DNA from: an uncultured bacterium
Lineage (GTDB): Bacteria; Auribacterota; Erginobacteria; Erginobacterales; Erginobacteraceae
Assembly: GCA_963822585.1 (NCBI GenBank)
Contig: CAWGIE010000022.1
Coordinates: 1-23,417, forward strand
Direction of reading: 5' to 3'
Length of the DNA stretch: 23,417 bases
Under the pieces are notes generated by a model that saw nothing but the letters and a program-made list of their open reading frames with translations, ran no database searches and had not been told where the DNA came from. The position numbers were made by a program, and so were the translations under genes. Shown here in pieces: positions 9,517 to 19,879 of this stretch (position 1 is its first letter; each line of letters starts with the position of its first letter).

Positions 9517-10451
9517 CTACTCATCAGGCCGCCGATGCTGTCTGTGAAGCCGCGGAATCACGTAATGAGGTCCGAGCAGACACGCGAGAGTGCCATAGAA
9601 GGCCGCCCTTAGGGGACGCCGATCCGCTACCGCTAAGCCTGCCCTGCGGTAAAGGTAGGTACGAGATCGCCGTAGCGCTGCCGATATGTCCAACGGAACG
9701 CGGCGATGAATTCCGAAGGTAGTAGTGCGCTGCCGGCGGCCTCTGCCGCCAGTCTCGCCCTCACAAAACGGGTGCCGAGGCGCTGTGAAAAGAAATGTCG
9801 AGAGCTGGCGCTACCGCCATGGATAGTGTACGCCCCGAGCACCTGATCGATGCACTTGATTCGCCCGGTGCGTGCAACTCGCGCCAGCAAATCGAGGTCC
9901 TCGACCTGTCCGGGAAACGATTTGGCGACTAGTTCATCAAACCCACCGACCGCTTGGAGCACAGAGCGGCGGAACATACACGACGAGATGGGAAATGGCA
10001 TAAGTCGAGCCTCGGCTACAGCTTGCGCGTCCCCCGGCTTGAGAGTTTGCCCAGCGGTTCCCAATCGGTTTCCGGCGGCGGATCGATACTCGAGCAATGT
10101 TCCGACCGCCACTAGCGGCGGATCCGCTCGGAAAGCGTCCAGTTGTATGCTCAACTTCGAGGGTAGCCAAGTGTCATCAGCGTCTAGAAACGCGACAAAG
10201 TCGCAATCTGTCGCGGCGATCCCCTTGTTGCGGGCGGCGCTGACCCCTCGGTTTGGCCCGGATAGTACGCTCACGCGAGGATCAGTAAATGCCCGCGCGA
10301 TCGGCGCGGTAGCGTCTGTCGAGCCATCGTCGACGACTATAACCCGAAGCTCTTCATGCGTCTGAGCAAGTACACTTGTGATAGCATGGCTGACGAACCG
10401 TTCCGCGTTGTACGCGGGGATGACAACTGCTATCACGTCGTGATGGGTCAT
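9517..10451 (-). CDS. GT2 family glycosyltransferase (GT-A fold), frameshift near 9658
   Basis: IAVVIPAYNAERFV, VIVVDDGSTDAT, NRGVSAARNKGI, FVAFLDADDTW, SSCMFRRSVLQAVGGFDE and EDLDL. The shifted frame continues YLYRRAGLAVADRRPLRAAFYG...RRPDE* to a TAG at 9517-9519. Confidence 0.9.
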
Positions 10452-10732
10452 TGGTTTACCCTCGAGCCGTCAGCCGGTGCGGCCGTGGACCGTACGCCCC
10501 GAGACCGGGAGCAGCTGCGGCTGGAGAGCTCTGGAGATTCGCAGCTTCCGTCCCGTGGACTTGCCATTCGCGGGCTCCGTGCGGGACTGGGGGGGCAGAT
10601 GCCAGCGCCGGGCGACTCGAAGATAGCCATGGCGAGCGGGCATCGGAATCAATCACCCTATGAGCACCGTCCGACACTGATGCGGTTGACGGCAGGAACC
10701 GGGATGCGATCGGTTGACCGTGGGCGAGGCGA

Positions 10733-11891
10733 ATGAGAATTCTCGTCGTCCATGACTACTACAAGCAGCGCGGCGGGGAAGACGTCGCCTTCGAGGCAGA
10801 GGCGGACGTCCTGGAACGGCATGGCGAAGTCGTGTCCCGCTTTGCCGTCCACAACGACCGGATGTCCGAGATGAGCCGGGCCAGGGCTGGTATCGCTACA
10901 CTTTGGAACCATGAGATGTATGAACGTTTACGGGCCCGTATTCAGCGGGAGCGCCCCGCGGTGATTCATTTCCACAACACTTTTCCGCTATTGTCGCCAG
11001 CCGTGTACTACGCCGCCGCGAGGGAGCGCGTTCCCGTGGTGCAGACGCTGCACAACTTCCGTTTGCTCTGCGCCAACGGATTGCTAATGCGCAATGGGCG
11101 GGTTTGCGAAGACTGCGTTGGCAAGTCGATCGGTTGGCCCGCCGTACTCCATCGCTGTTACCGCGACGACTACTTGGCTTCGTCCACTGTCATTGCGATG
11201 CACGTCCTGCATCGTTCACTCGGTTCCTGGCGGAGGAAAATAGACCGCTTCATCGCCGCGTCGAACTTCTCGCGTGAGAAGCTCGTTGCTGGCGGTCTCC
11301 CTAGAGGGAAAATTGCGGTCAAGCCGAACTTCATCGACCCCGACCCTGGTCCGGGGGCTGGCGCGGGTGGCTATGCCTTTTCGTAGGCCGGCTCTCGGAG
11401 GAGAAAGGCATCGCGGCATTGTTGGAGGCGTGGGGATGCGAGGCCCAGTTGCCGCCCCTGCGAATCGTGGGCGCGGGACCCTTAGCAGGCATGGTGACGG
11501 ATGCCTGCGCGGGCTCGCCAAAGATCGAATGGCTCGGGGTCCGCAGGTTGAGCGAGGTGCTGGACCTGATAGGTGGTGCGCGGTTCGTATCGTACCGTCC
11601 TTGTGCTACGAAAATTTTCCGCGGGTGATAGCGGAATCATTCGCGAAGGGCACGCCGGTATCGCATCCAACCACGGGAGCCTAGCCGAAATAGTGCGAGA
11701 CCCGATACGGGATTTCTGTTCGAGCTGGTGATCCGGCCGATCTTGCCGAGGCTGTCCGCCGCGCGTGGAGCCAGCCGGCCGACGAGTACGCGGCCCAAAG
11801 GGCGCGGGTTCGAGCGGAGTACGAGCGGTGTTATACAGCCGATCGCAATTACGAGATGCTCAGCAGTATCTACACCGAGATGCGATACTAG
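10733..11891 (+). CDS. GT4 family glycosyltransferase, multiply frameshifted
   Basis: MRILVVHDYYKQRGGEDVAFEAE, HFHNTFPLLSPAVY, VVQTLHNFRLLCANG...CEDC, VKPNF; then FVGRLSEEKG, VPSLCYENFPRVIAESFAKGTPV and GDPADLAEAV...RAEYERCYTADRNYEMLSSIYTEMRY* (TAG 11889-11891). Shifts lie near 11380, 11590 and 11660-11730. Confidence 0.9.
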
Positions 11892-11930
11892 TGGCTGGCG
11901 CTGACGGATCGGCAGTGCTCGGCGGCCCGG

Positions 11931-13238
11931 GTGAGCGTTGAATTGCTGAACCGACTGCAGGGCTTGCTCCGACTGGTTGAGGACTGGCGACGGGGAGAAT
12001 CCGCTGGTATGATCTGTTGTTCGTCATGGTCGTATTCTACGTCATGGAGCACAGCCTCTTCGCCTCGTCGAGGTTGCGCAATTCGGCTTGGCCCTCGCGG
12101 CCGACAAGGCTGCAGCCGTGGCCGATGGGAGTATCAGCCGGAGGCTGGCTTACATCGCGTTCGCTGCCTACGGCGCGATCATTGGCGCCGGCCGGCCAGT
12201 TCGACCTTGCCCCGCGAGGGTGCTGGGTGCTATGGTGCTTGGCTACCTGAGACTGGCGGTCACGAGCTCGCATGGTCGGTAAGCCCAATGCTCAGCCTCC
12301 GGCGACTGGCGGCGTTGGTCTGTTGAGCCATCGGTGTAACCGGGATGATCCGCCGGTTTTCGGACCCGCGATCGTCAAACTCATCGCGCTTAATGGCGTT
12401 GGCTATCTCGTGCATCGGGGTCGGGGCCGAGCTCGCACTGGGAATGTTCACACCATGGGTCGAGCGGGTATCGCTTCGCCGGTACCCTCCACCCGAACAT
12501 CCAAGGGACCAATTGTGCAGCGCTGGTATTATCGGCGGCGACCCTGGCGGCGCTCCCGGCGGCGCTCGCGACGCGTGTTCATTCGCGATCGCCTGTTTCG
12601 GATTCGCGTTCCTGATCCTAACGGGGTCCCGGACGGCGCTCGCCGGCTGTGTCGTTAGCCTGATCGCCTTCTGGCTCCTCAGCAGCAAATCGAGCACGAC
12701 CGTCACCGTCCTGTCCGGCGTTGCGTGCCTGGTCATTATCGACACTTTCTCGTCGCGAACGGAGTGGTGGCCTCTCCGCTGAAGCTGCTCTTAAAGGAGC
12801 GCGCCGCAGGCGCAGGAGTTCTCTCGGGCAGAGCCGATCTTTGGGCGCTGCTGATCGAGTACGCCCGTCGCAGGCCCATTCTGGGCTACGGCTATGGCGC
12901 GTTCTTTAACGCGGGACGCGCAGCCTCGAGCTGAGCAGTCGCATAGGTACATGGGCTTTCGGTGGGCCGCATTCCGATTACCTGGCGACTGTAATGGATC
13001 TCGGTGCGTGTGGGCTTGGTGGTCATGCTAGGCGTGTTCTTCACGCGGGTTGGCGAGGAGCGTCCGATTGCATACCGCCTCGGGCGACGTCTGTCAGCGT
13101 TTCTTTGCGTCATTGCTGGTCTACCAGATCATTGCCGGCCTGGCGGATTCTGAGATGCTGAACCCCGATCTTCACTTCGTCCCGGCGATCGCGATCGGTT
13201 TCTTGGCGTTGCGCAGCGGGCTGCCACGGCCTCAATGA
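11931..13238 (+). CDS. O-antigen ligase / Wzy polymerase-like membrane protein (Wzy_C), heavily frameshifted; start uncertain
   Basis: Fragments across frames: AWSVSPMLSLRR, YRFAGTLHPNIQG, LILTGSRTALAG, LSGRADLW...RRPILGYGYGAFF and PHSDYLATVMDLG..GL, with many TM segments. In-frame TGA at 12324-12326. Its position in a wza-wzc-wzx locus favours a polymerase role. Confidence 0.75.
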
Positions 13239-13309
13239 GCGTCCGACCATGACCCACGACCGGATCGGGCCGAGCGGGTAACTGAAATGGCATACGAAGG
13301 AACCACGAC

Positions 13310-15005
13310 ATGAATGTCCTTGGACTGCACGTCGGCCACGATAGTAGTGCCGCCCTCGTTCGCGACGGACGGGTCGTCGCCGACGTGGCGGAAGAGCGGT
13401 TCGTCCGGATCAAGCACTATTGCGGACTACCGGGGCGGGCCTTGGAATACTGCCTCGCCTCCCAGAACCTCTCGATGAAAGATATCGACGTCATCGCGAT
13501 ACCCGCGGCTGGTAGCGTACCTGACCTGAACCACCTGCTCCGCCTCACCGGTGGCCGGCGAGAGCGGTCGACCGGAAAGCGACAGGCCCTCGACTTTGCG
13601 AAGGCGGTGCTCCGGAAACCGGGGATCAAGCCCCCGCTGTATATGAAGACGTTCCCCGTCTCGCCGCGCACAGAGATTGTACATGTGGATCACCACTTGG
13701 CACATGCGGCGTCCGCCTATTACACGAACGGCGTGGCGGAGAAGCAATTGATCGTTACCATCGACGGCGCCGGGGACGACGTCTCCTTTGGAATATGGCG
13801 TGGTGAGGCTGGACGGATTGAGCGGCTGGAGGTGTTCCCCACCAGCGGCTCACTCGGCTGGTTCTACAGCAACGTGACGGAGGCGCTCGGTTGGTGGCAC
13901 GGAGACGGGGAAGGCAAGACCATGGGCCTGGCGCCCTACGGAGACCCCAGCGGCTGTGAGGGAGTACTAGACGAGTTCTGCCCGCGGTATGAAGCCGGGC
14001 GGTTGACGAGGCCGCATGACTTCGGCCGATCATTCTACTGGAACGAATCGGGCGCGATTCAGTGGCATTTCGACCAGGCCGCTGCCATCCGCGATCTCGT
14101 CCGCCGTCACGGCAGGACCAACATTGCCGCGGAGGCACAGCGGGTGCTGGAGGAGCAGGTAAAGAGCGTCGTGTTTCCGTGGATGGAGCGCGAACAGACC
14201 CGGAACCTGACCGCCTCCGGTGGGGTGATGCTGAATGTCAAGCTGAATCAGCGGTTATGGGACTCCGGCAAGATCGCCCATCACCATACCTATCCCAACC
14301 CAGGTGACTCCGGCCTGGCCGTGGGCGCGGCGCTCCAGGCCTACTACGCAGCCGAGCCGAATGCCCGGATCTATCCTGTCGAGGACGTCAACTGGGGTCC
14401 CGAGTACTCGGTGGAGGAGATCGAGGAGACGCTCAAACTTCGCCGGTTGCAGTTCCGCCGGGTGGACGATGTCGAGAGCTATGCGGCCGACCGACTTGCC
14501 GCCGGCAAGATCCTGGGTTGGTTCCAAGGCCGGATGGAGAGCGGGCCTCGCGCACTGGGATCTCGGTCGATTCTGATGAGCGCCAACCGAGCCCGAGCAT
14601 AAGGACATAATCAACGCGAGGGTGAAGTTTCGTGAAGCATTCAGGCCTTTTTGCCCTTCGCTACTCTGGGAGCATAAGGAGGATTACCTGGAAAATTCCC
14701 GCGCGGAGCCGTTCATGATCACGTCCTTCACCTGCCGGCCCGACAAGCGCTCCAAGGTGCCCGCGGTGGTCCATGCCGATGATACACTGCGGCCGCAGAC
14801 GGTCAGGCGGGAGGTGAGCCCACGGTATTGGCGGCTGATCCACGAATTCGGGTCTCGCACCGGCGAGCCGCTCCTGCTTAATACCTCTTTTAACGTGATG
14901 GGTGAGCCGATCGTGAATCACCCGCGAGAGGCGATACGGTGTTTCTATGACAACGGTCTTGATATCCTCGTGCTCGGCGATTTCGTTTTGGAAAAGCCGC
15001 TCTAA
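13310..15005 (+). CDS. Carbamoyltransferase, NodU/CmcH/TobZ family; single frameshift at 14592-14594
   Basis: HDSSAALVRDG..AEERFVRIKH, DHHLAHAASAYY, IDGAGD, GEGKTMGLAPYG, SGGVMLNVKLN, GDSGLAVGAA and GWFQGRMESGPRALGSRSIL. Removing one C gives NRAEHKDIINARVKFREAFRPFCPS...PAVVHADDTLRPQTV...LLNTSFNVMGEPIV. A GAAGGA RBS-like site lies upstream. Confidence 0.95.
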
Positions 15006-15008
15006 GAC

Positions 15009-15981
15009 ATGGGCGCCAGTTTTCTGACCCGCGATCGCGACGAGGTTTGCTTGCGCGCCGAGACATTCAAGCGTTTTCCACCGGGCGGTGGCCTCACATT
15101 CGTGCCGACGTCGTCGCGAGCCGCCGCACTCGCGGGGCTCGGGCTGTATGCGCCCTGCCGGGCCGGAGCGGTGTTGGCTCATCGGTTAGCATGGGTGTCT
15201 ACCGCCGTGTTCGGGCCCGGTATCCTGCCGGGCCGACGGATGCCGTGGGTCCCTCCGATTGAGCCGGTTGTGTGGGCTGGTCTGCTCTCAGCTTGGACGC
15301 AGGTCGTGGGTGCGTTCGACACATTCGCCGTCTATGAGCGCCCTGCTGGACCACGTCCGGGTCTCGCGCTGCTCTTGATTCGCGGGGGCCGGGCAGTCGG
15401 TTTCGTCAAGTTGCGCGGCGGCGATGCGGATCGAATGGCCAATGAAGCCCGAGCTCTCAAGATCGTCGCGGCGGCCCGGCCCAGACGGTTCCTGGTACCC
15501 GAGCTCCTCGATACCGGCACAATCTCCAGCTGGAACTACTTGATCACTACGGCGTTCCAATGCCGACTACATCGTGTCCCGCGGTCGGCTCCCGGACCCG
15601 ATTTTTTCGAAGACCTTCAGCGGAGTCTGGCCGCTCTCCCCCGCCCGGAAGGCGGCGGCGCCGCACTGGCGTCCAATGCATGGTGATCTATCCGTATGGA
15701 ATCTGCGCGAATGCGTCGGGGGAGGCCCTGTTCCCACGCTGGTCGATTGGGAGTACGCCGGTTGGGGTCCGCCGGGCGCCGACTGGACATGGTATCGTGC
15801 CAGCGCGGCCGCAGTAACCGGCGTGCTTTCACCTGCTCCCGCGGACGAGGAAGCTGCGCTGTACTGGGAGCGGTGGGTCCGGAGCTGGTACGCCGCAGGA
15901 CAGAAGGACCGGCGCGACCGGGCCTTGCTGCTGGATGCGCTCGGACGGATGCGGGTCCGGGCTTCCGGTGTGGGTCAGTGA
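15009..15981 (+). CDS. Phosphotransferase of the aminoglycoside-phosphotransferase / choline-kinase (protein kinase-like) fold; frameshift near 15652
   Basis: GFVKL...ANEARAL (Lys/Glu pair) and FLVPELL. In the shifted frame, the Brenner-type motif PMHGDLSVWN and the metal-binding LVDWEYAGWG. It starts 3 nt after the carbamoyltransferase stop and ends in a GTGA overlap. Confidence 0.78.
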
Positions 15982-16817
15982 CGATGCATAAGACGCCAGC
16001 CGGTCGGCGCGAGCCCGCCCCCGTCGCGATCTCCATTGTAACCGCCACGCTGAATGCGGAGCGCTTTCTGCGAAGTTGTGTCGACTCCGTGCAGCATCAG
16101 ATCGGCCATGGATTCACGGCCGAGCACATCGTGGTCGACGGCGGCAGCAAAGACGCGACCCGGGAGATTGCTCAGGCGGGGGGATGTATCTTGCTCGAAG
16201 GGCGCGATTCGGGGGTGTACGACGCGCTCAATCGCGGTATTCGATCAGCGTCCGGAGAGCTCTTCGTTTGCCTCGGCGCGGACGACGCTCTGACGCCCGA
16301 TGCATTGTCAGTCATCGCGCGCTGGTACCGGCGCCGGAGAAGTGATTGGGCGGTCGGGGGGCATCAGTGGATTGCCGGTGACGGCACCCCGATCGGCCTC
16401 ATGCGGGCACCGCCGCCGTGGCTGCCGAGACCGGTATTCGCCTCGCTTGACTGGTGTTGTATTTCGGCCCAAGCAGCCTATATGACGACGGAGCTATTTC
16501 ATCGGCTTGGCGGATTCGATATCTCATATCCGATCATGGCTGACTTCAAGTTGTATGCCGAGGCGCTCGACGTAGAACCGTTCGACCGGCTCAGCGAGGT
16601 GCTAACTATCGGATGTCTTCACGGCGACAACGTCAGCGCAGCGACACAGTCGCCCCGGTATCTCAGCGAGGGTCGGCGGATATTGGATGCCTACGGCCCT
16701 TCCAGCCCGTTTCTGCGTGTGCTATACCGACAAGGACTTCGGGTTTGGCTCAATGCCCGGAACCCTGGGTGGTTCGTCGGGAAGCGCCGCCAGTCCGCCA
16801 GCAACCACCATCGATGA
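15978..16817 (+). CDS. GT2 family glycosyltransferase, WcaE/WfgS-like subfamily
   Basis: ISIVTATLNAERFLRSCVDSV, EHIVVDGGSKDAT, DSGVYDALNRGI, GELFVCLGADD and LGGFDISYPIMADFKL. ORF intact. Start is GTG 15978 (overlap) or ATG 15984. Confidence 0.9.
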   Translation: MTMHKTPAGRREPAPVAISIVTATLNAERFLRSCVDSVQHQIGHGFTAEHIVVDGGSKDATREIAQAGGCILLEGRDSGVYDALNRGIRSASGELFVCLGADDALTPDALSVIARWYRRRRSDWAVGGHQWIAGDGTPIGLMRAPPPWLPRPVFASLDWCCISAQAAYMTTELFHRLGGFDISYPIMADFKLYAEALDVEPFDRLSEVLTIGCLHGDNVSAATQSPRYLSEGRRILDAYGPSSPFLRVLYRQGLRVWLNARNPGWFVGKRRQSASNHHR

Positions 16818-17602
16818 AGCGCGGGGCTCAGCAGGTCATCAGGCTCGTGCACAGGGCCGCCTTCCATCGAGAACTCCCTGAGAAGGTGGCTCTCTACTTC
16901 CACGACTTGGCCCCGGGCGACCACGATAAGTTCGCCGCACTGATGCACCACTTCGTGGCCCGCGAAGGCTACCGGCTGACCACTCCTATCGAGTTCATCG
17001 GTGAGTCGCCGGGACGCAAGCTGCTGATCACCTTCGATGACAACTACTTCGACTGGTACGACGCGCGCCGGCTGTTTGATCAGCTAAATATGCGGGCCAC
17101 GTTTTATGTCAATACGCTGCCATTCGAGTGCACAGCAGGGAGCTCAACATTGGAAGGCTACTACGACCGTATCCGCCACACTGGTCGTCGGATCCCCTTG
17201 GACCACGCGGCGCTACAGGCCCTCAAGGCGGACGGCCATAACATTGGGGCCCATACACACTCCCACCATGATCTGGGGAAACAGTCGGAAGCGGAGGCTC
17301 GCGAGGAGATCCTGCGGAGCAAGCAGATACTGGAGGAGCTGGTCGGCGGGCCGATCGTGGACTTTGCGTATCCGTACGGAATGCGCCGTCATTTCAGTGC
17401 GTCGCTCCGCGCCACGTGCCTGGCCACAGGGTTTGCGACAATTGCGAACGGCATTCCCGGAATGCTCTACGCACCGCAGCGAGCTGCCGAGGTCCAGCGA
17501 TCGCCCTGGCATTTCCATCATACGCTGGAGCGGAACTTGACGGACCTCAGGATCGACGGGCGCTGGTTCACGCGCCTGACGGGCCGGTCGGCTGTTGGCT
17601 GA
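16814..17602 (+). CDS. Polysaccharide deacetylase (CE4/NodB fold, IcaB/PgaB-like permutation)
   Basis: LYFHD, LLITFDDNY, ATFYV, IGAHTHSHHDL, EILRSKQILEELVG and FAYPYG. ATGA overlap with the upstream GT2. No signal peptide is evident. Confidence 0.9.
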   Translation: MKRGAQQVIRLVHRAAFHRELPEKVALYFHDLAPGDHDKFAALMHHFVAREGYRLTTPIEFIGESPGRKLLITFDDNYFDWYDARRLFDQLNMRATFYVNTLPFECTAGSSTLEGYYDRIRHTGRRIPLDHAALQALKADGHNIGAHTHSHHDLGKQSEAEAREEILRSKQILEELVGGPIVDFAYPYGMRRHFSASLRATCLATGFATIANGIPGMLYAPQRAAEVQRSPWHFHHTLERNLTDLRIDGRWFTRLTGRSAVG

Positions 17603-17613
17603 CGAACCGGCGC

Positions 17614-19879
17614 TCAGGGACCGGTAAACGTGCTGTGAACATCCTGTCCGAGTGCCTGCCAAGCGGCGATCGTCGTGCCAGACAATGAGCCGGGGTAGAA
17701 GGGAGTCGCGTTGCCGCGGACGTCATAGTGGTTGTTGTCGAAGCGATTGTTCAGTGAATAGAGCATCGCGTTGTTGCCCATGAAGTTGAGCATTCCAGAG
17801 TAACCCACTGGCTGGGTTACCGTATTGTCATGCACCCAGAGATTCTTCACCTCATACACGCCGAACGCGCCGGACCCCCGATCCTCCTGGTGCGCCAGGA
17901 TCCCTTCCGAGTTCCCGGTCACAGTATTGTTCGCGATCTCGACATCCGACGACGACAGCACGAGAATTCCCGCACCGTACACGCCCTTATGAACCGTCCC
18001 ATTGCCCACAGCGGTATTGCCTGTGATGAGCGCGGACAGGCTGATCTCATACATGATTCCGGCGTGCGTGTTCTGCTCGACCACGTTATCAGAGATTACA
18101 CTGCCCCGGTTATCGCCGTCGAACCAGATCCCGGGGCCGCCATTGTGATGTGAATGACAGGAGCGAACAGTCACCTGGTTGCTGAGCGAGATACTTGATA
18201 CCGCCTGCGTCCCACAGTGGGTCATATTGCAGAGCCGGATTATTGTACGACAGGTCCACGCCATCAATTAAAGCGTGATCTGCCTCGGTGATCGAGATGC
18301 CCATCCGCGCATTGTGATCGAAGGTTCCGCCGATCACGGAAAAATCGGCCCGCCAGGTCGGCGCCTGATCCGGCGTTGTGATGCACATGCAGATTCTGCA
18401 GTGTCCAGTCGCGGGCATCGTATCCTTGGATCGCTCCCAAGCAGCCATTGGTGGTGCAATTGGGTGCGTACCCGGTGATCTCCAGGTCACTCACCTTGAC
18501 ACCAACCGCATTGCCTTCGAACGCGAACGGCGTCACGCCTTGCCCATCCATCACGGTTCCCGGCTCGCCGCGAAACTGCATGCTGTCCTTGGGATTCAGC
18601 CGCTGGCGGACATGTACGCCGGCCTTCAGGACGAAGTGCGTTCCGGGAGGGCTCTGATCGATCAGATGCTGAATATCGGTGCCCGGGCTGATGGCGACTT
18701 CGTTAGCTGACACCGCTGCGTTGATTGTCACTGAGCCGGTATCCGCCTTATTCGCGGTTGGGTCCGCTGCGATTACGCGGTACGTACCGGGTGCGCTTCC
18801 AGCCGTGTAAAGACCCGCGGTGGTAACAGACCCCCCCGTCCCGGTGTAGCTGACGGATGCTGGTGCCGTCGAACCATCACTCCAGGTCCCGATGGCCGTG
18901 AACTGCCGTGTCTCGCCAGGGCAGAAGCACAGCGCTGGCCGGGGTTAGTGTGATCTGCGTCAGCAGCGGTGCGGGTGCCCGAATGGTGACAACCGAGGTG
19001 TCGGCCCGGTGTCCGCCGACCTGATTTGCGGCCACGCGGAAGGTGCCGGGCGCCGCCCCAGCGGTGAAGAGGCCAGTGGAAGAAATCGTTCCGCCGGTTG
19101 CGGTAAATGTCACGGCGGGCGGGGTGGTCGATCCATCGCTCCACTGTCCCGAGACGGTGAACTGCTGATGGGCGCCCTCCACCGCATTCGCGCTGGCGGG
19201 GCTCAGCACGAGCGCCGTCAAGACGGGTGGTTGCACCGGCGGGCAACTGGATGACTACGTGCGCGGTGTCAGCCAGCCCGCACGCACATGTCGCAACGAC
19301 GATGAAGCTGCCTGACGAGGAGCCGGCTCTATAGCTACCATCCGTCCCGACGAGCCCGCCCGTGGCTGTCCAAGCCAGGGACTGTGACACATTCGAGTCC
19401 ACCCCCAGCACGCTCCCGGTGAACTGCACGGTCCGGCCGGTATCTAGCACCACTGCGCCGGGGTTCACCGTGAGGGTGGGGCCCGCCCGGGGTGCATGGA
19501 CCGAGACCAGTACGGAATCGGCCAAGCCCTGTTGCGTCCGGGAGGCGGCCCGAACACTGTATACCCCGGCGGAGTCGGAGGTGAACAGGCCGGTCGTGTC
19601 GATCGAGCCGCCGGATGCGAACCAGTCCGTTCGGTCCGCCATGCTGTCGGTCGAACCGAGATGGAGCCATGCGACGAGCCGCACGGTGTCTCCAGTGCCG
19701 ATCGTGGCACCGGCGGGGGAAATCGACAGAATTCGCTGCGTTAGAGGGTTGGTAGGCCCCGTGCCGCCGTCGATCGAACCGCCTGGGCTGTCCGACGTAC
19801 AGCTCACGAACGTGAGCGTTAGGCAAAAGAGAGCGGCGCGGCGAAGGATCAATCTGGCAGAGCGCTGGGCAGGTATCAT
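17614..19879 (-). CDS. Putative lipoprotein with four Ig-like (Big_2-like) repeats and a C-terminal right-handed parallel beta-helix domain; several frameshifts
   Basis: Signal peptide ending LTLTFVSC, a G/P/T linker and four ~85-aa beta repeats. Then ISPGTDIQHLIDQSPPGTHFVLKAGVH, GEPGTVMDG, WDAGGIK, HHNGGPGIWFDGDN, SDNVVEQNTHAGIMYEIS and ANNTVTGN (Asn-ladder repeats). Shifts lie near 19235, 18920, 18350 and 18185. Confidence 0.78.
18725..19735 (-). repeat. Four degenerate tandem protein-level repeats (Ig-like modules)
   Basis: Cores ASGGSIDTTGLFTSDSAGVYSVRA..LADS / ATGGLVGTDGSYRAGSSSGSFIVVA..LADT / ATGGTISSTGLFTAGAAPGTFRVAA..RADT / GTGGSVTTAGLYTAGSAPGTYRVIA..KADT. Each unit begins with an ISP/VNP/LSP/LTP strand. 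Boundaries are approximate. Confidence 0.8.

Noticed and set aside
10356..10736. 126-aa ORF ending in an ATGA overlap with the GT4 start
   Set aside because: It has no recognisable motif and overlaps the opposite-strand GT2 start. The overlap is easily produced by chance.
77..12326. Stop-codon reassignment (TGA read as an amino acid), suggested by in-frame TGAs at 77-79 and 12324-12326
   Set aside because: TGA ends many genes here at the expected positions (382, 3517, 4609, 6825, 16817, 17602), often in start/stop overlaps. The residue expected at 77 is Arg, not Trp or Gly.
14585..14625. Programmed ribosomal frameshift or phase-variable slippage at the gene breaks
   Set aside because: The runs are only 3-5 nt, there are no slippery heptamers or long simple repeats, and the breaks are too numerous.
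13310..15005. Phage-type DNA-modifying carbamoyltransferase system
   Set aside because: There are no phage, nucleotide-hydroxymethylase or DNA-metabolism genes. The neighbours are glycan genes.
15009..15981. Aminoglycoside resistance gene, or an antibiotic or Nod-factor biosynthetic cluster
   Set aside because: Only the general APH/ChoK fold motifs are present. There is no nodABC, aminotransferase or cyclase, and the context is wza/wzc/wzx/wzy.
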